Counted from the first letter of the stretch, positions 52,484 through 61,908 are shown. The stretch is DNA of 62,128 bases from an uncultured Candidatus Saccharibacteria bacterium (GCA_964529405.1 CAZGWE010000005.1:1-62128); one strand, 5' to 3'. Program-made: numbers and translations. Notes: generated by a model from the sequence alone, not told the origin.

Positions 52484-53257
52484 ATGAACACCGACCTATT
52501 AAAACAATTTGGTCTGTCGGCAAAAGAAGCTAGCATTTATTTGTCTTTGTTAGAGCTTGGAGCATCATCGGTCTCACAAATCGCCGTCAAAGCAAAAATT
52601 AACCGCACCACTGCATACGATATTTTGGAGGCACTGGTTCAATACGGCTTGGTAAGCTATGTCAAAGAGGAGACCAAAAAGCATTATGTGGCTGAAAACC
52701 CTGAGGCATTGGTCGGCTATTTAGAGAAAAAGGGCAGAGCATTGATTTCAAAGGCTTCTGAGGCCAAGAAAATATTACCGGAACTTAAAAGTGTCTATAA
52801 CTTAATCCCACATAAACCAAAGGTTAAATATTATGACGGCGAAGACGGTATTATCGCCATGTATGAAGATTCCCTTACTTCAAGATCAGAGATTTTGTCA
52901 TGGTTAGATCCAGAACGTACAGCCGACTTTTCAGAAGATTATTTTAGTCAATATTATAAACGCCGTGCTGAAAAAGGCATTCACATTAAAGCTATAGTTA
53001 ACGATGTGCCAATCTCGCACGAAATCAACTCACGCAACAAAGCAGAGGATAGAGAGATGAAAATAATCCCCCGCCAGATGATGGATATTGTGCCTGAGTG
53101 CTACGTATATGATGACAAAGTTGCCTTTATGTCCCTTCGTGAAAAGTTTGGCGTTATGATCGAATCCAAAGACATCGCCAAAGCCCTCCGCAAGCTTTAT
53201 GAACTCGCTTGGAAGCATGCGGGGGAAATTGATAAAGCAAGTCAGCGGAACAGCTAG
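52484..53257 (+). CDS. TrmB-family transcriptional regulator (paralogue 4)
   Basis: LKQFGLSAKEASIYLSLLELGASSVSQIAVKAKINRTTAYDILEALVQYGLV. Confidence 0.85.
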   Translation: MNTDLLKQFGLSAKEASIYLSLLELGASSVSQIAVKAKINRTTAYDILEALVQYGLVSYVKEETKKHYVAENPEALVGYLEKKGRALISKASEAKKILPELKSVYNLIPHKPKVKYYDGEDGIIAMYEDSLTSRSEILSWLDPERTADFSEDYFSQYYKRRAEKGIHIKAIVNDVPISHEINSRNKAEDREMKIIPRQMMDIVPECYVYDDKVAFMSLREKFGVMIESKDIAKALRKLYELAWKHAGEIDKASQRNS

Positions 53258-53285
53258 TCAGCAAGACAGCAAGATAACTTTACAT

Positions 53286-53312
53286 TTGTCATTCCTGCGG
53301 AGACAGGAATCC
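53286..53312. repeat. Short hairpin element
   Basis: ttgtcattcctgcggagacaggaatcc, preceded by (CAGCAAGA)x2 octamers. Confidence 0.6.
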
Positions 53313-53366
53313 AAGATCCCTGATCAAGTCAGAGATAACAATCAAAAACTAAGTAATAAGTAAAAT

Positions 53367-53399
53367 GAAAAGAACAGTTCGAATGAGAACTGTTCTTTG
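53367..53399. terminator. Bidirectional terminator between TrmB-4 and the radical SAM gene
   Basis: aaaAGAACAGTTCgaatgaGAACTGTTCTttg. Confidence 0.7.
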
Positions 53400-53432
53400 G
53401 TTATGGGGAGCCTGTACGGCTCTCACGGATTA

Positions 53433-54527
53433 TCATGGCACCCTCGCCTCCTTCTTGAGCCGGCTGCGAACAGCCTTCATAAGGTTAGCTTGGGTGCCGG
53501 CAGTGGCTCGCGTGATGCAGCGTATGCACGAGCCATCTGCCTCCCGGCAATGGCGCCAACTCGCCTGGATGATCAGGCGGTGAAAATGGCGCAAATCCTC
53601 GACGGTCATGGCCTTAATGTTGGGCATCAACCCGGTGGGGCCGGATTTATAGCCGCAGAGCATCATTAGGCCATCTGTGTCCATTGCCACCCCGCGATAG
53701 CCGTAGCTGCACTTGCCTGTTCGCAAGGAGCTTTGACCGCCAGTGTCAGAGTAGGTTTTGACCAAGGTATCCAGCCGAGCTTGATCGATAGCATTGCCGA
53801 CCCGCTCGAGCCAGACTCGTTCCCTGGCCACTTTCCCCTCAGGCATGACACAGTTTGAAATGAAGAGCAGGCCGTTGCTGTGAGCGAAAGCCTTGGCAAC
53901 CTCGACACCACTCTCGTTGAGCAGGGTGACAGTGAAGTTCACCCCGATCCGAGTGATCTCTCGGTTGCCAATGACCTCGTTTGGCCCATAAACAGCCCGA
54001 AGCAGTCTCAGGTTCTCGATGACCCTGAAGATATCACCATTGCCGGTTGAGCGGCGGTAAATCTCAGGGTCAAGTGAATGCAGGCTGATGAAAATCGAAA
54101 CCCCGTGGTCTCGCAAGAATTCAGCCTGTTCCTGGCTCAGAAAGTTCAGGGTAGTGAACATAATAGTTCCCATTCCCAAACTATGAGCCTGTTCGAGAAC
54201 CGGGCGTACCAACTCACAAAACCCAGGTCGGCCATCGGGCGGTTGCCACAAAGGCTCACCGTCACCGATAATCACGATGGTTTGAGCGCCTGCCTCATGC
54301 GCCTTGACAATCTGCTCGTTGCGCTCCTCGGGCGACAAAACCGGCTTACCGAGGCAAGCCCAGTTGATGCCGCCGCCAGAGCCCAGCGCGCAGATGGCGC
54401 AGCAATGCGGACAACTCGTCGGAATGTTAACTGTAAAGAAAGTTAAGCCTTCTTCATCTGGTGCAATCTCGCCTTTCAAACTGGCGACCAGCTCCAGATA
54501 GTCAAGCGACCCCCTCAGTGTCTTCAT
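53433..54527 (-). CDS. Radical SAM protein with C-terminal Cys cluster (SPASM/twitch-like) (cargo F)
   Basis: CPHCCAIC (C-x3-C-x2-C), IIGDGEPL, C-terminal HCREADGSCIRC. G+C-rich. Confidence 0.7.
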   Translation of the reverse strand: MKTLRGSLDYLELVASLKGEIAPDEEGLTFFTVNIPTSCPHCCAICALGSGGGINWACLGKPVLSPEERNEQIVKAHEAGAQTIVIIGDGEPLWQPPDGRPGFCELVRPVLEQAHSLGMGTIMFTTLNFLSQEQAEFLRDHGVSIFISLHSLDPEIYRRSTGNGDIFRVIENLRLLRAVYGPNEVIGNREITRIGVNFTVTLLNESGVEVAKAFAHSNGLLFISNCVMPEGKVARERVWLERVGNAIDQARLDTLVKTYSDTGGQSSLRTGKCSYGYRGVAMDTDGLMMLCGYKSGPTGLMPNIKAMTVEDLRHFHRLIIQASWRHCREADGSCIRCITRATAGTQANLMKAVRSRLKKEARVP

Positions 54528-54613
54528 ATTCTGTTCTCCCCTTGAATGTACCAGCCACCATTCTGGCGTGATGGCTCAACGCCGTTCAACCCGACTCCGG
54601 ATTGTAACTTGCT

Positions 54614-54642
54614 ATTCTAGCATTAAATTGCTGAAATGTCAA
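54614..54642 (-). promoter_or_regulatory. Conserved promoter, copy F (diverged)
   Basis: Minus strand: TTGACA-17 nt-TAGAAT (TGCTAGAAT), followed by AGCAAGTTACAAT. Confidence 0.6.
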
Positions 54643-54717
54643 CACTATCAATACAAAATGTTGTACAATTTTCCCAACATCTTGACATTTAGAATCGGAT
54701 AGCGTAATATATTTTGT

Positions 54718-55488
54718 ATGAATGACCAATACAAAAGTGAGGAACTGGAAAAAGAACTGCTTGACTATGGCCTCACCAGCAAACAAGCGCGAGTCTATTT
54801 AGCTTTGTTGCAGTTAGGCACTTCTAATATCCAAGCTATTGCCGAGAAGGCGCGCGTTGAGAGAACAAATACTTATGATGCCGTTCAAGGATTGATTGAT
54901 CGCCGGCTGATCAGCATCACTACGCAAGGCAAAAAACGGCTATTTGTGGCTGAGCCGCCCGAATCGTTAGAGGTCATCATCAAAGAAAAGGCAAAGAAAC
55001 TTAAAGACCTTTTGCCTGAACTCAGATCGCTCCATAATATTTCCGAATTCAAGCCCAAAATCCGCTTTTATCCAGGAGTTGAGGGTTACAAAGCAGTTTA
55101 TGAGGATACCCTCTCCGCTTCAAGCAAGTTGCTCTTTGGCATATACTCCAGCCAAGATATTATCGATGTTTTGGGCATGGACTTTATTCGCCACATAATT
55201 GAGCAGCGGGTAGAAAAGAAAATCACTCTCCGCGTTATTCGACCCAGAGAGACAGAGGTACCCGGTCTTTGGCCGGCCGGCGAAGAAGCACTAAGGGAAG
55301 TAAAACTAGCCCCCAAGGGAATGGTTTTCCCGATTGTAACCTTTGTTTACGACAACAAAGTCATCTATCTCTCATCAAAAAAAGAGACCTTTGGTCTCAT
55401 TATTGAAAGCCATGACATGGCCCAGGCTCATCAGAACTATTTTGAGGCTCTGTGGCAGATTAGTACGGAGATGCCGATAGTAAAATAA
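54718..55488 (+). CDS. TrmB-family transcriptional regulator (paralogue 5)
   Basis: LLDYGLTSKQARVYLALLQLGTSNIQAIAEKARVERTNTYDAVQGLIDRRLI. Ends YFEALWQIS. Confidence 0.85.
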   Translation: MNDQYKSEELEKELLDYGLTSKQARVYLALLQLGTSNIQAIAEKARVERTNTYDAVQGLIDRRLISITTQGKKRLFVAEPPESLEVIIKEKAKKLKDLLPELRSLHNISEFKPKIRFYPGVEGYKAVYEDTLSASSKLLFGIYSSQDIIDVLGMDFIRHIIEQRVEKKITLRVIRPRETEVPGLWPAGEEALREVKLAPKGMVFPIVTFVYDNKVIYLSSKKETFGLIIESHDMAQAHQNYFEALWQISTEMPIVK

Positions 55489-55490
55489 TC

Positions 55491-55829
55491 TTAGACGATC
55501 TTGAGAACTTTTTTGATCTTGGTAATTTCTTTTAGATGCCTTTTGTCGAGCCGGTCGATTCTAATGTTAGTAAAAACACGCTCCTGATCCAGGCGCTGAA
55601 CGATAGTCAAAATTTTATCCATACCTACTAATACTTCAAGGTGGTTGTTTCTCATCTCCTGCTTCATTTCATCAAAACGATCGTCATGCTCCAGAAGCTT
55701 GGCAATCATTCTCTCGTGGGCTTCGTCGTTTTGCTTAAACTTGAGGTCATGTTCGTCAAAACGGCGGTCATGCTCATTAAACCTCTTATCATGCTCAGCC
55801 AACTTTATAAGAATTTTATCTTCGCTCAT
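55491..55829 (-). CDS. Coiled-coil protein with EHDxRF repeats
   Basis: 112 aa. AEHDKRFNEHDRRFDEHDLKF. Same overall design as 28069-28440. Confidence 0.45.
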   Translation of the reverse strand: MSEDKILIKLAEHDKRFNEHDRRFDEHDLKFKQNDEAHERMIAKLLEHDDRFDEMKQEMRNNHLEVLVGMDKILTIVQRLDQERVFTNIRIDRLDKRHLKEITKIKKVLKIV

Positions 55830-55895
55830 TATGAAACCATAATATCATTACCGGTTCGAGTATTGTCAATAATTTATCTTGTAAAAAGCTGATAA

Positions 55896-58037
55896 TCAAT
55901 CTGATACTCTTTGAATAAAAATTCTGGCCAGGCGGAGGTCGTCGTAGGAGTATTTTTTGTTTAGAAGTTTGTAGGCCGGTGAGAGTGCGGAGATTGTAGT
56001 CTTTTCGAACGCGGCTTTGATTTCGGCCAGCTTTTCCGGCTCGGGTTTCAAGTGGGCAATGTCATCGAGCGGCAGATCTAATTTCTCCAGGTGTCCAATG
56101 ATCGTACCCACGGTTAAGTTGCGCTGTTTGGCAATCTGTTTTAGCGTCAGCTTTTTCAAGACAAGCTCTTTGGTTTGGGCATAAGTCGGACTGCTGTTTT
56201 GACGCAAAGAACGGCTTGGCTTCCTCTCGATGCTCGTGCGCGGCTGCTCGCTTTTGTTTGTCTCTTTAGCATAATTTCTGATCAGGCTCAAAAATCGTCC
56301 GCCAAACTCGTCTAATTTATGGCGTCCAACACCGCTGATACTCAAGAGCGAAACTTCGCTTTGCGGCAGATAGTAGGACATTTCCTGAAGTGCCTTATCG
56401 CCGAATATCACAAATGGCGGCACATTCATTTCGTCGGCAATCTCCTTGCGCAAAAACCTCAATCTTGAGAAGAGTTTTTCATCAAAATCAAGCTCCGTTA
56501 CATCCTTCACTTTGCCCGCCAACTCTGCCCTTGCTTCGGACAGCATGATGATCTCCTTATTTTTAAGAAAAGATAACCCTGCAGGTGCCACTCTTAAAAT
56601 CGGGTATTCCTCTCCTTCCTTAACGATCAATCCGCGCGCCACAAGCAAATTTATGAGCCGTTTGATCTCATCCGCCGGCAATTCGGAAGCGATACCAAAT
56701 ACCGAGAGCTGATTGTGGCCCCGCTCGCGAACTGTTTTCTTGTTCTCGCCGCGCAGCACCTGGCTGATATAACCGGCGCCAAAGCGCTGGTTAGCTCTAA
56801 GTATTGCCGAGAGAATCTTTTGAGTAATCTCCGTAGCCTCGAACTCCGCTTTAGGCGCAAGGCAGATGTCGCAGCCGCCGCAATTATTTATTTTGTTATC
56901 TTCGCCAAAGTAACGCAGTAGATGAGCTCGGCGACAGGACTGAAGTTCGCAGTATTCAAGCATTTCACGCAGCTTGATCTGGGCTCTTTGCCGCTCGGTT
57001 GGATCCTCGATCTGATTAATAAAATAATCATGTTTGATCTTATCGCCCGGCGAGTAGAAAAGAACACACTCGCTCGGCAAGCCATCGCGCCCGGCCCGCC
57101 CGGTTTCTTGATAATATCCCTCAACCGTTTTTGGCAGGTCAAAGTGGACAACCAGGCGCACATCCGGCTTATCTATACCCATGCCAAAGGCGATTGTAGC
57201 CACAATGATAGGCACTTCGTCACGAATAAATTTCTCCTGGGTTACTCTCCGTAAATCGTTGTCAAGCCCGGCATGATAGGCTAGGGCAGCTAAACCCTGG
57301 CTCGATAAATTAAGTGCCAGGTTCTCGGTATCTTTACGGGAAAAGCAGTAGATAATAGCCGGCTTGTTCTCATATTTTTTAAGCAGCAAAACGAGTTTGT
57401 TATATGCCTGGCGCTTCGGCTCAACGTGATATGACAGGTTTGCCCGGTTAAAGCTGGTCAGAAAAACCCTGGCTTGATCAAGATTGAGCTCAGTCAAAAT
57501 ATCATTTCGGACACGCTCCGTGGCAGTTGCGGTCAAAGCCACGATTGGCACATTCGGAAAATCGCTTCTCAATGTCTTCAGATTGCGATATTCGGGTCGA
57601 AAATCGTGCCCCCACTCCGAGATACAATGAGCTTCGTCAACTGCGATAAGAGAAATTGGCAACGTCTTCAGAAAAGATCGGAAGAAGTCCATGGCCAGCC
57701 GCTCCGGCGCCAGATAAAGAAGTATGATTTTGCCGGCTTTGATATCAGCCTGCGTCTGTCTGATCTCAGTCGAGCTCAGAGAACTGTTTATAAAAGCAGC
57801 CGAAATGCCATTAGCGCGCAGAGCATCAACCTGATCTTTCATCAGAGCGATCAGGGGCGAAATAACCAAGGTTAATCCGGGTAACTTCAAAGCTGGCAAC
57901 TGAAAACAGAGCGATTTGCCCCCGCCTGTCGGCATCAGCACCAGCGCATCTTTGCCTGCCAAAACATGCTCGATAATCTCCGCCTGCCCGGGCCTGAACT
58001 GATCGTAACCAAAGTGTTTTTTAAGCAATGTAAGCAT
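55896..58037 (-). CDS. recQ: ATP-dependent DNA helicase RecQ
   Basis: [40 protein letters not shown], zinc module CGGCDIC, HRDC, plus an extra C-terminal HTH. Confidence 0.95.
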   Translation of the reverse strand: MLTLLKKHFGYDQFRPGQAEIIEHVLAGKDALVLMPTGGGKSLCFQLPALKLPGLTLVISPLIALMKDQVDALRANGISAAFINSSLSSTEIRQTQADIKAGKIILLYLAPERLAMDFFRSFLKTLPISLIAVDEAHCISEWGHDFRPEYRNLKTLRSDFPNVPIVALTATATERVRNDILTELNLDQARVFLTSFNRANLSYHVEPKRQAYNKLVLLLKKYENKPAIIYCFSRKDTENLALNLSSQGLAALAYHAGLDNDLRRVTQEKFIRDEVPIIVATIAFGMGIDKPDVRLVVHFDLPKTVEGYYQETGRAGRDGLPSECVLFYSPGDKIKHDYFINQIEDPTERQRAQIKLREMLEYCELQSCRRAHLLRYFGEDNKINNCGGCDICLAPKAEFEATEITQKILSAILRANQRFGAGYISQVLRGENKKTVRERGHNQLSVFGIASELPADEIKRLINLLVARGLIVKEGEEYPILRVAPAGLSFLKNKEIIMLSEARAELAGKVKDVTELDFDEKLFSRLRFLRKEIADEMNVPPFVIFGDKALQEMSYYLPQSEVSLLSISGVGRHKLDEFGGRFLSLIRNYAKETNKSEQPRTSIERKPSRSLRQNSSPTYAQTKELVLKKLTLKQIAKQRNLTVGTIIGHLEKLDLPLDDIAHLKPEPEKLAEIKAAFEKTTISALSPAYKLLNKKYSYDDLRLARIFIQRVSD

Positions 58038-58042
58038 TAAAA

Positions 58043-59023
58043 TCAGTCCTGAAGAATGTTGATGATTAATTTGATGATATTATCTTTTTCTTTGGGGTTA
58101 CTGCTGGCTACCAGCAACGCCAGCGCGATGATGGAGTTGTCATTCAGTTTGAGCTCGCCGTTGGCGCGATAGAGAAATTCATTGCGATTCAAAAAGTGCA
58201 GAAAGAGCATCGAACCGATGCGTTTGTTACCATCGGCAAAAGGGTGGTCTTTGATCGTCAAATAGAGCAAATTGGCCGCTTTTTCCTCGACACTGGGATA
58301 GAGATCTTGGCCGTCAAAAGTTTGGTTAATACAACCAAGTACGCTTTTTAATTTAAAACCGACCTCACAGCCAAACAAATCGCCGGCGATACCGAATTTC
58401 GATAGCTCCTGCCGCATCTCCTCAACTAACTTTTTTGATCGAGTGTATTCAAATTCATACTGAATTTGATGATTTAGCTTGGCAATCTCCAAACTATTAG
58501 CATCAAACTCATCGAGTACTCTCCAAGACTTGGCGTATTCAGTAATAATTTGCAGTAACTCTTTCTCTTTGCCTATCAACTCCTCCACGTTAGATTTCTC
58601 GCCGATCATCAGAATCGTACTCTTGATCTCCTCCAGGCGTTTGTTTTGCTCTCGTAGCAATTTTTCATTGATAGCGTAACCTTTAAGCAAGTAGCTTTTT
58701 AGAGTTTTAGTTGCCCAGATTCTGAACTGCGTCGCTTTTTGGGAGTTGACCCTGTAACCAACTGAGATAATCATATCCAAATTGAACACTTCTGTTATTC
58801 TTTTTACTTCCCGGGAACCCTCTTTTTGAACTGTTTCCATTTTGGAACAAGTTGCTTCAGAATTCAATTCTTTGGTACGTAGAATATTTTTGACGTGTTT
58901 CGAAACAGCCGGCACTTGCACATCAAAAAAGTCCTCAATCTGCTTTTGCGACAGCCATATTGACTCATCTTTGACGCGAGCTTCGATATAAACCTCGCCC
59001 TGGGGCGGAAGTATAAATAACAA
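58043..59023 (-). CDS. RhuM-like N-domain fused to a Fic/DOC domain
   Basis: [29 protein letters not shown] (RhuM-like). Fic motif [11 protein letters not shown]. Confidence 0.8.
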   Translation of the reverse strand: MLFILPPQGEVYIEARVKDESIWLSQKQIEDFFDVQVPAVSKHVKNILRTKELNSEATCSKMETVQKEGSREVKRITEVFNLDMIISVGYRVNSQKATQFRIWATKTLKSYLLKGYAINEKLLREQNKRLEEIKSTILMIGEKSNVEELIGKEKELLQIITEYAKSWRVLDEFDANSLEIAKLNHQIQYEFEYTRSKKLVEEMRQELSKFGIAGDLFGCEVGFKLKSVLGCINQTFDGQDLYPSVEEKAANLLYLTIKDHPFADGNKRIGSMLFLHFLNRNEFLYRANGELKLNDNSIIALALLVASSNPKEKDNIIKLIINILQD

Positions 59024-59208
59024 CTTGATTCTCTTCTATATTCCCCTCCTTGGTTATATTAAGGAAAGTATACCGAACATAGGCCAAACATGTCAAACAA
59101 ATTGTCAATTGCCGCTAGCGAATATTTAGCACCAACAGGAATCTAAAGCCAATCCCAGATGTCCACCAGCTGGCGGATCGAAAAACATCCTCCAGGTTTG
59201 GAAAGACA

Positions 59209-59499
59209 TTATTCGCTTTCTTGCATGTATTCGACAACAATATTAATGATTTTCTGAACATTTTCATTACAAGATTTAAAAAGCAAACGGTCCAACACAT
59301 CATCGCCATATTTTCGAATCAGATCACTGATTAGCGCATGAACAAACGACTGTGTAGCCGCATCAATGTTTTCAAAATCCAAAACTATTTCTTGTTTATC
59401 CTCTAAGGCTGGGACGATCTCCTTTGATCTGATCTCTTTGGCGATGTCTTTATTCTCGGCAAATACGCCAACCCTCTTGAACAACTTGATCACTTTCAT
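59209..59499 (-). CDS. DUF4325 (STAS-like) protein
   Basis: 96 aa. EIVLDFENIDAATQSFVHALISDL resembles the DUF4325 pattern. 4-nt overlap with the upstream ATPase. Confidence 0.65.
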   Translation of the reverse strand: MKVIKLFKRVGVFAENKDIAKEIRSKEIVPALEDKQEIVLDFENIDAATQSFVHALISDLIRKYGDDVLDRLLFKSCNENVQKIINIVVEYMQESE

Positions 59500-60449
59500 A
59501 TAAATCTCGCTTTCTTGTAGCCAGTCCCCTTCCTTTCCCTAACAGTTTTGATATAGACGTCTCGAATTAAATCCAAGAGGGCGGAGAATTCCTTAGTTTC
59601 GTCCAAAGAGATGTCAATCCCAACTACGGTCCCTTGCCAATACGGGAAATCGTCGTCTTTCGAGTGCCTATCACGGAACGGATCTGCATATAATCTATCC
59701 GAGGTGCCCTTGAGCAGCTTATACATAGCATTGCCACTGTAAATCATAAAGAAATTGCGTTTGACTTTGGCAATCGATTTAATGAAAAACAAACCCGCCC
59801 CGGCATTATATTCAGTACCCCCCTCCCTGCTTGTCGTGCCGGTGATGCCAGGCGTCAACGCTAATTGAATCGCCTCTATATCAGTATTAGCAACATGAGA
59901 ATGGTTAATTGTTTTTTTGATCCCCACGCCTCTATCAGCGATACCAATCCTGATCATATTACTTTTTTTATGATATTGGGCTGAGACAATTGAGCCTTGC
60001 CGAGAATCAGCGTGCTCAAGCACATTTCTGACCAACTCGCTCACAACATACCGAATAGAATCGACTTGGTGAGGGCTCAGATGTAACAAGGGAATCATCT
60101 CTGTAATAAAATCCGTCAGCTCTTCTGAATCTTTGATCGTCGTTAAGGGTATAAATCGCCCAGCAGATTCGTGCTCAGTTATTTTAATGCCAGAATCGAT
60201 ATTTAAAAATTTGAACAACCCCATCCGCTCCAGATAATGAGCAGATTTTGCCGTTGGCGTTTCAAATACTATTTTCTTGGGATCCAAAGAAAGTCCAATT
60301 GCTGCAACCATTGACAAAACAACCGGATGGACCGATATCCAGGATTGATTAGCTGTGACCTCCAACTTTTCCGGCTCTCGCGGATCGATTTCTCGCAGAA
60401 AAGGATCTATGTTGCCGATAAAAGCACTGTTAGGAATATGGACTTTCAT
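59496..60449 (-). CDS. GHKL-superfamily ATPase (RsbW/anti-sigma-kinase-like) with novel N-domain
   Basis: N-box SELVRNVLEHA, G1 ADRGVGI, G2 NAGAGLFF. No SD; the ATG lies 6 nt after the -10. Confidence 0.7.
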   Translation of the reverse strand: MKVHIPNSAFIGNIDPFLREIDPREPEKLEVTANQSWISVHPVVLSMVAAIGLSLDPKKIVFETPTAKSAHYLERMGLFKFLNIDSGIKITEHESAGRFIPLTTIKDSEELTDFITEMIPLLHLSPHQVDSIRYVVSELVRNVLEHADSRQGSIVSAQYHKKSNMIRIGIADRGVGIKKTINHSHVANTDIEAIQLALTPGITGTTSREGGTEYNAGAGLFFIKSIAKVKRNFFMIYSGNAMYKLLKGTSDRLYADPFRDRHSKDDDFPYWQGTVVGIDISLDETKEFSALLDLIRDVYIKTVRERKGTGYKKARFI

Positions 60450-60455
60450 GCCTAC

Positions 60456-60502
60456 ATTTTACCGGGAATGCCGGTATTTTGTCAATACCCCGGGATTCCC
60501 GG
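60456..60502 (-). promoter_or_regulatory. Promoter with palindromic operators for the GHKL-DUF4325 operon (leaderless)
   Basis: Minus strand: TTGACA (60485-60480) -18 nt- TAAAAT (60461-60456), then gtaggcATG. Palindromes TACCGG-N5-CCGGTA (60460-60476) and CCGGGA-T-TCCCGG (60490-60502). Confidence 0.6.
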
Positions 60503-60539
60503 TGTTCTATATGATCATTCGCAATCCCGGTAATAGCCA

Positions 60540-61322
60540 TTACAACCGATCCCAGATGAATTCGAAGTACTTCTGCCAGGTTTGGGCTATGACGGTGCTT
60601 TCTGTGATTGAAAAGAAGAGAGTGCGGGAGTCGTAGAGAATGATGTGATTTTTAGTTATAACGACTGAGCCTGGGTTAGCGTATTTGTCATCGATGAATT
60701 TGATCTCAGATCGAGGCAGGTTATAACGTGTCACGATGTATGGGTCGCCCGCATTGCCATCTCCGGGTAATTTTTGTGATTTGGGCAAAATTGTGCGCAA
60801 ATGGAGACCTAACTGCTCCTTGGGCGGAGAAAAGTACATAAACGCATCACCCGCTGAAGTTATCTTTCTAAACGAAGCCCCAAATATACAAATGTTATTG
60901 TCGGGTGTCTGCAGGGTCTTAAACAGCTCGTAAGTACGATCATAAAATTTGTTAACTTCTTCCTCGCCCTGAAAATACTCAACAATCGATTTGCTAGTCT
61001 CGCGTGAAAAGTGTTCCTGAAGTTTGGGAAGGATTTTGTTCAAGTCTCTCTCTTTTTGCTTGACCATAAGCTTCAAGTTCTCAGGATCTGAGGGTAAATA
61101 AATGGTCCTCTTGCCGCGTGAGGCGGTTTTTAGCAAGCCATCGCGTAAAAGTTTATCGATGTGATAATAAATGCCGGTACGCTCGATCTCGCCATTCTCA
61201 GCGATCTCGCTCACCGTACCGCCGCCAAGATCTATGGCAGATAAATAAATAAGCGCCTCTTTTTGGCTCAAACCCAGATTTATAAGAGCATCAAGCTCAA
61301 TTTTTGTGTTAAACTTTTTCAC
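60540..61322 (-). CDS. TrmB-family transcriptional regulator (paralogue 6)
   Basis: LINLGLSQKEALIYLSAIDLGGGTVSEIAENGEIERTGIYYHIDKLLRDGLL. Ends YFEFIWDRL. Confidence 0.85.
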   Translation of the reverse strand: MKKFNTKIELDALINLGLSQKEALIYLSAIDLGGGTVSEIAENGEIERTGIYYHIDKLLRDGLLKTASRGKRTIYLPSDPENLKLMVKQKERDLNKILPKLQEHFSRETSKSIVEYFQGEEEVNKFYDRTYELFKTLQTPDNNICIFGASFRKITSAGDAFMYFSPPKEQLGLHLRTILPKSQKLPGDGNAGDPYIVTRYNLPRSEIKFIDDKYANPGSVVITKNHIILYDSRTLFFSITESTVIAQTWQKYFEFIWDRL

Positions 61323-61382
61323 ACTTACATATTACATCAAGCCTAGACATCTGTCAAATATGTTTTAATTCGTTAAACTGAT

Positions 61383-61411
61383 TGACATATTAAGCATTTA
61401 GTGCTATAATG
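61383..61411 (+). promoter_or_regulatory. Conserved consensus promoter, copy C
   Basis: TTGACA-17 nt-TATAAT (TGCTATAAT), followed by GGCGTGTTCACGATTGG. Confidence 0.75.
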
Positions 61412-61485
61412 GCGTGTTCACGATTGGAAAGAGCTTCGAGTTCAACTAAGCGTGAAGATCGACCAACACAAGGAGGCATTACACA

Positions 61486-61908
61486 ATGCTATTCGATCAG
61501 AAAACCGTAGCAGGCTATCATTTGCTCGGCCCTACGGCCCAGCACATCCTGCAAGTTGCATTTGAGAACGCCAGACCCACCAATGACGGTCTGATCGTGG
61601 ACGGCCTTGATGGGATCTTGCGCGCAACCGGGAAGGTGGCCGCAACCACCATCAACCGTCTCGAGAAACGGGGGTACTTGGTACCCATCGGCGAGATTCC
61701 GACAGCCAAGGGCGGTCGAGCGAGGAAACGCCACAAGCTGGTTCTTGATCCACCGATCACCGAATACCAGCCCCTGAATGGCCCAGGTACGGGCCAGCTC
61801 GTCCTCACCTTCCGTCACAAGGACGAAGTCAGAACCTTTGTCATCGACCATAGCCTCCGTCTCTCTATTAAGACTGAGGAGTTCAGTATCGAGATCGCCG
61901 AGGAGTGA
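61486..61908 (+). CDS. Hypothetical protein, possible wHTH (cargo C)
   Basis: 140 aa, G+C-rich, SD aaggagg. TTINRLEKRGYLVPIGE resembles a winged-helix recognition region (weak). Confidence 0.5.
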   Translation: MLFDQKTVAGYHLLGPTAQHILQVAFENARPTNDGLIVDGLDGILRATGKVAATTINRLEKRGYLVPIGEIPTAKGGRARKRHKLVLDPPITEYQPLNGPGTGQLVLTFRHKDEVRTFVIDHSLRLSIKTEEFSIEIAEE

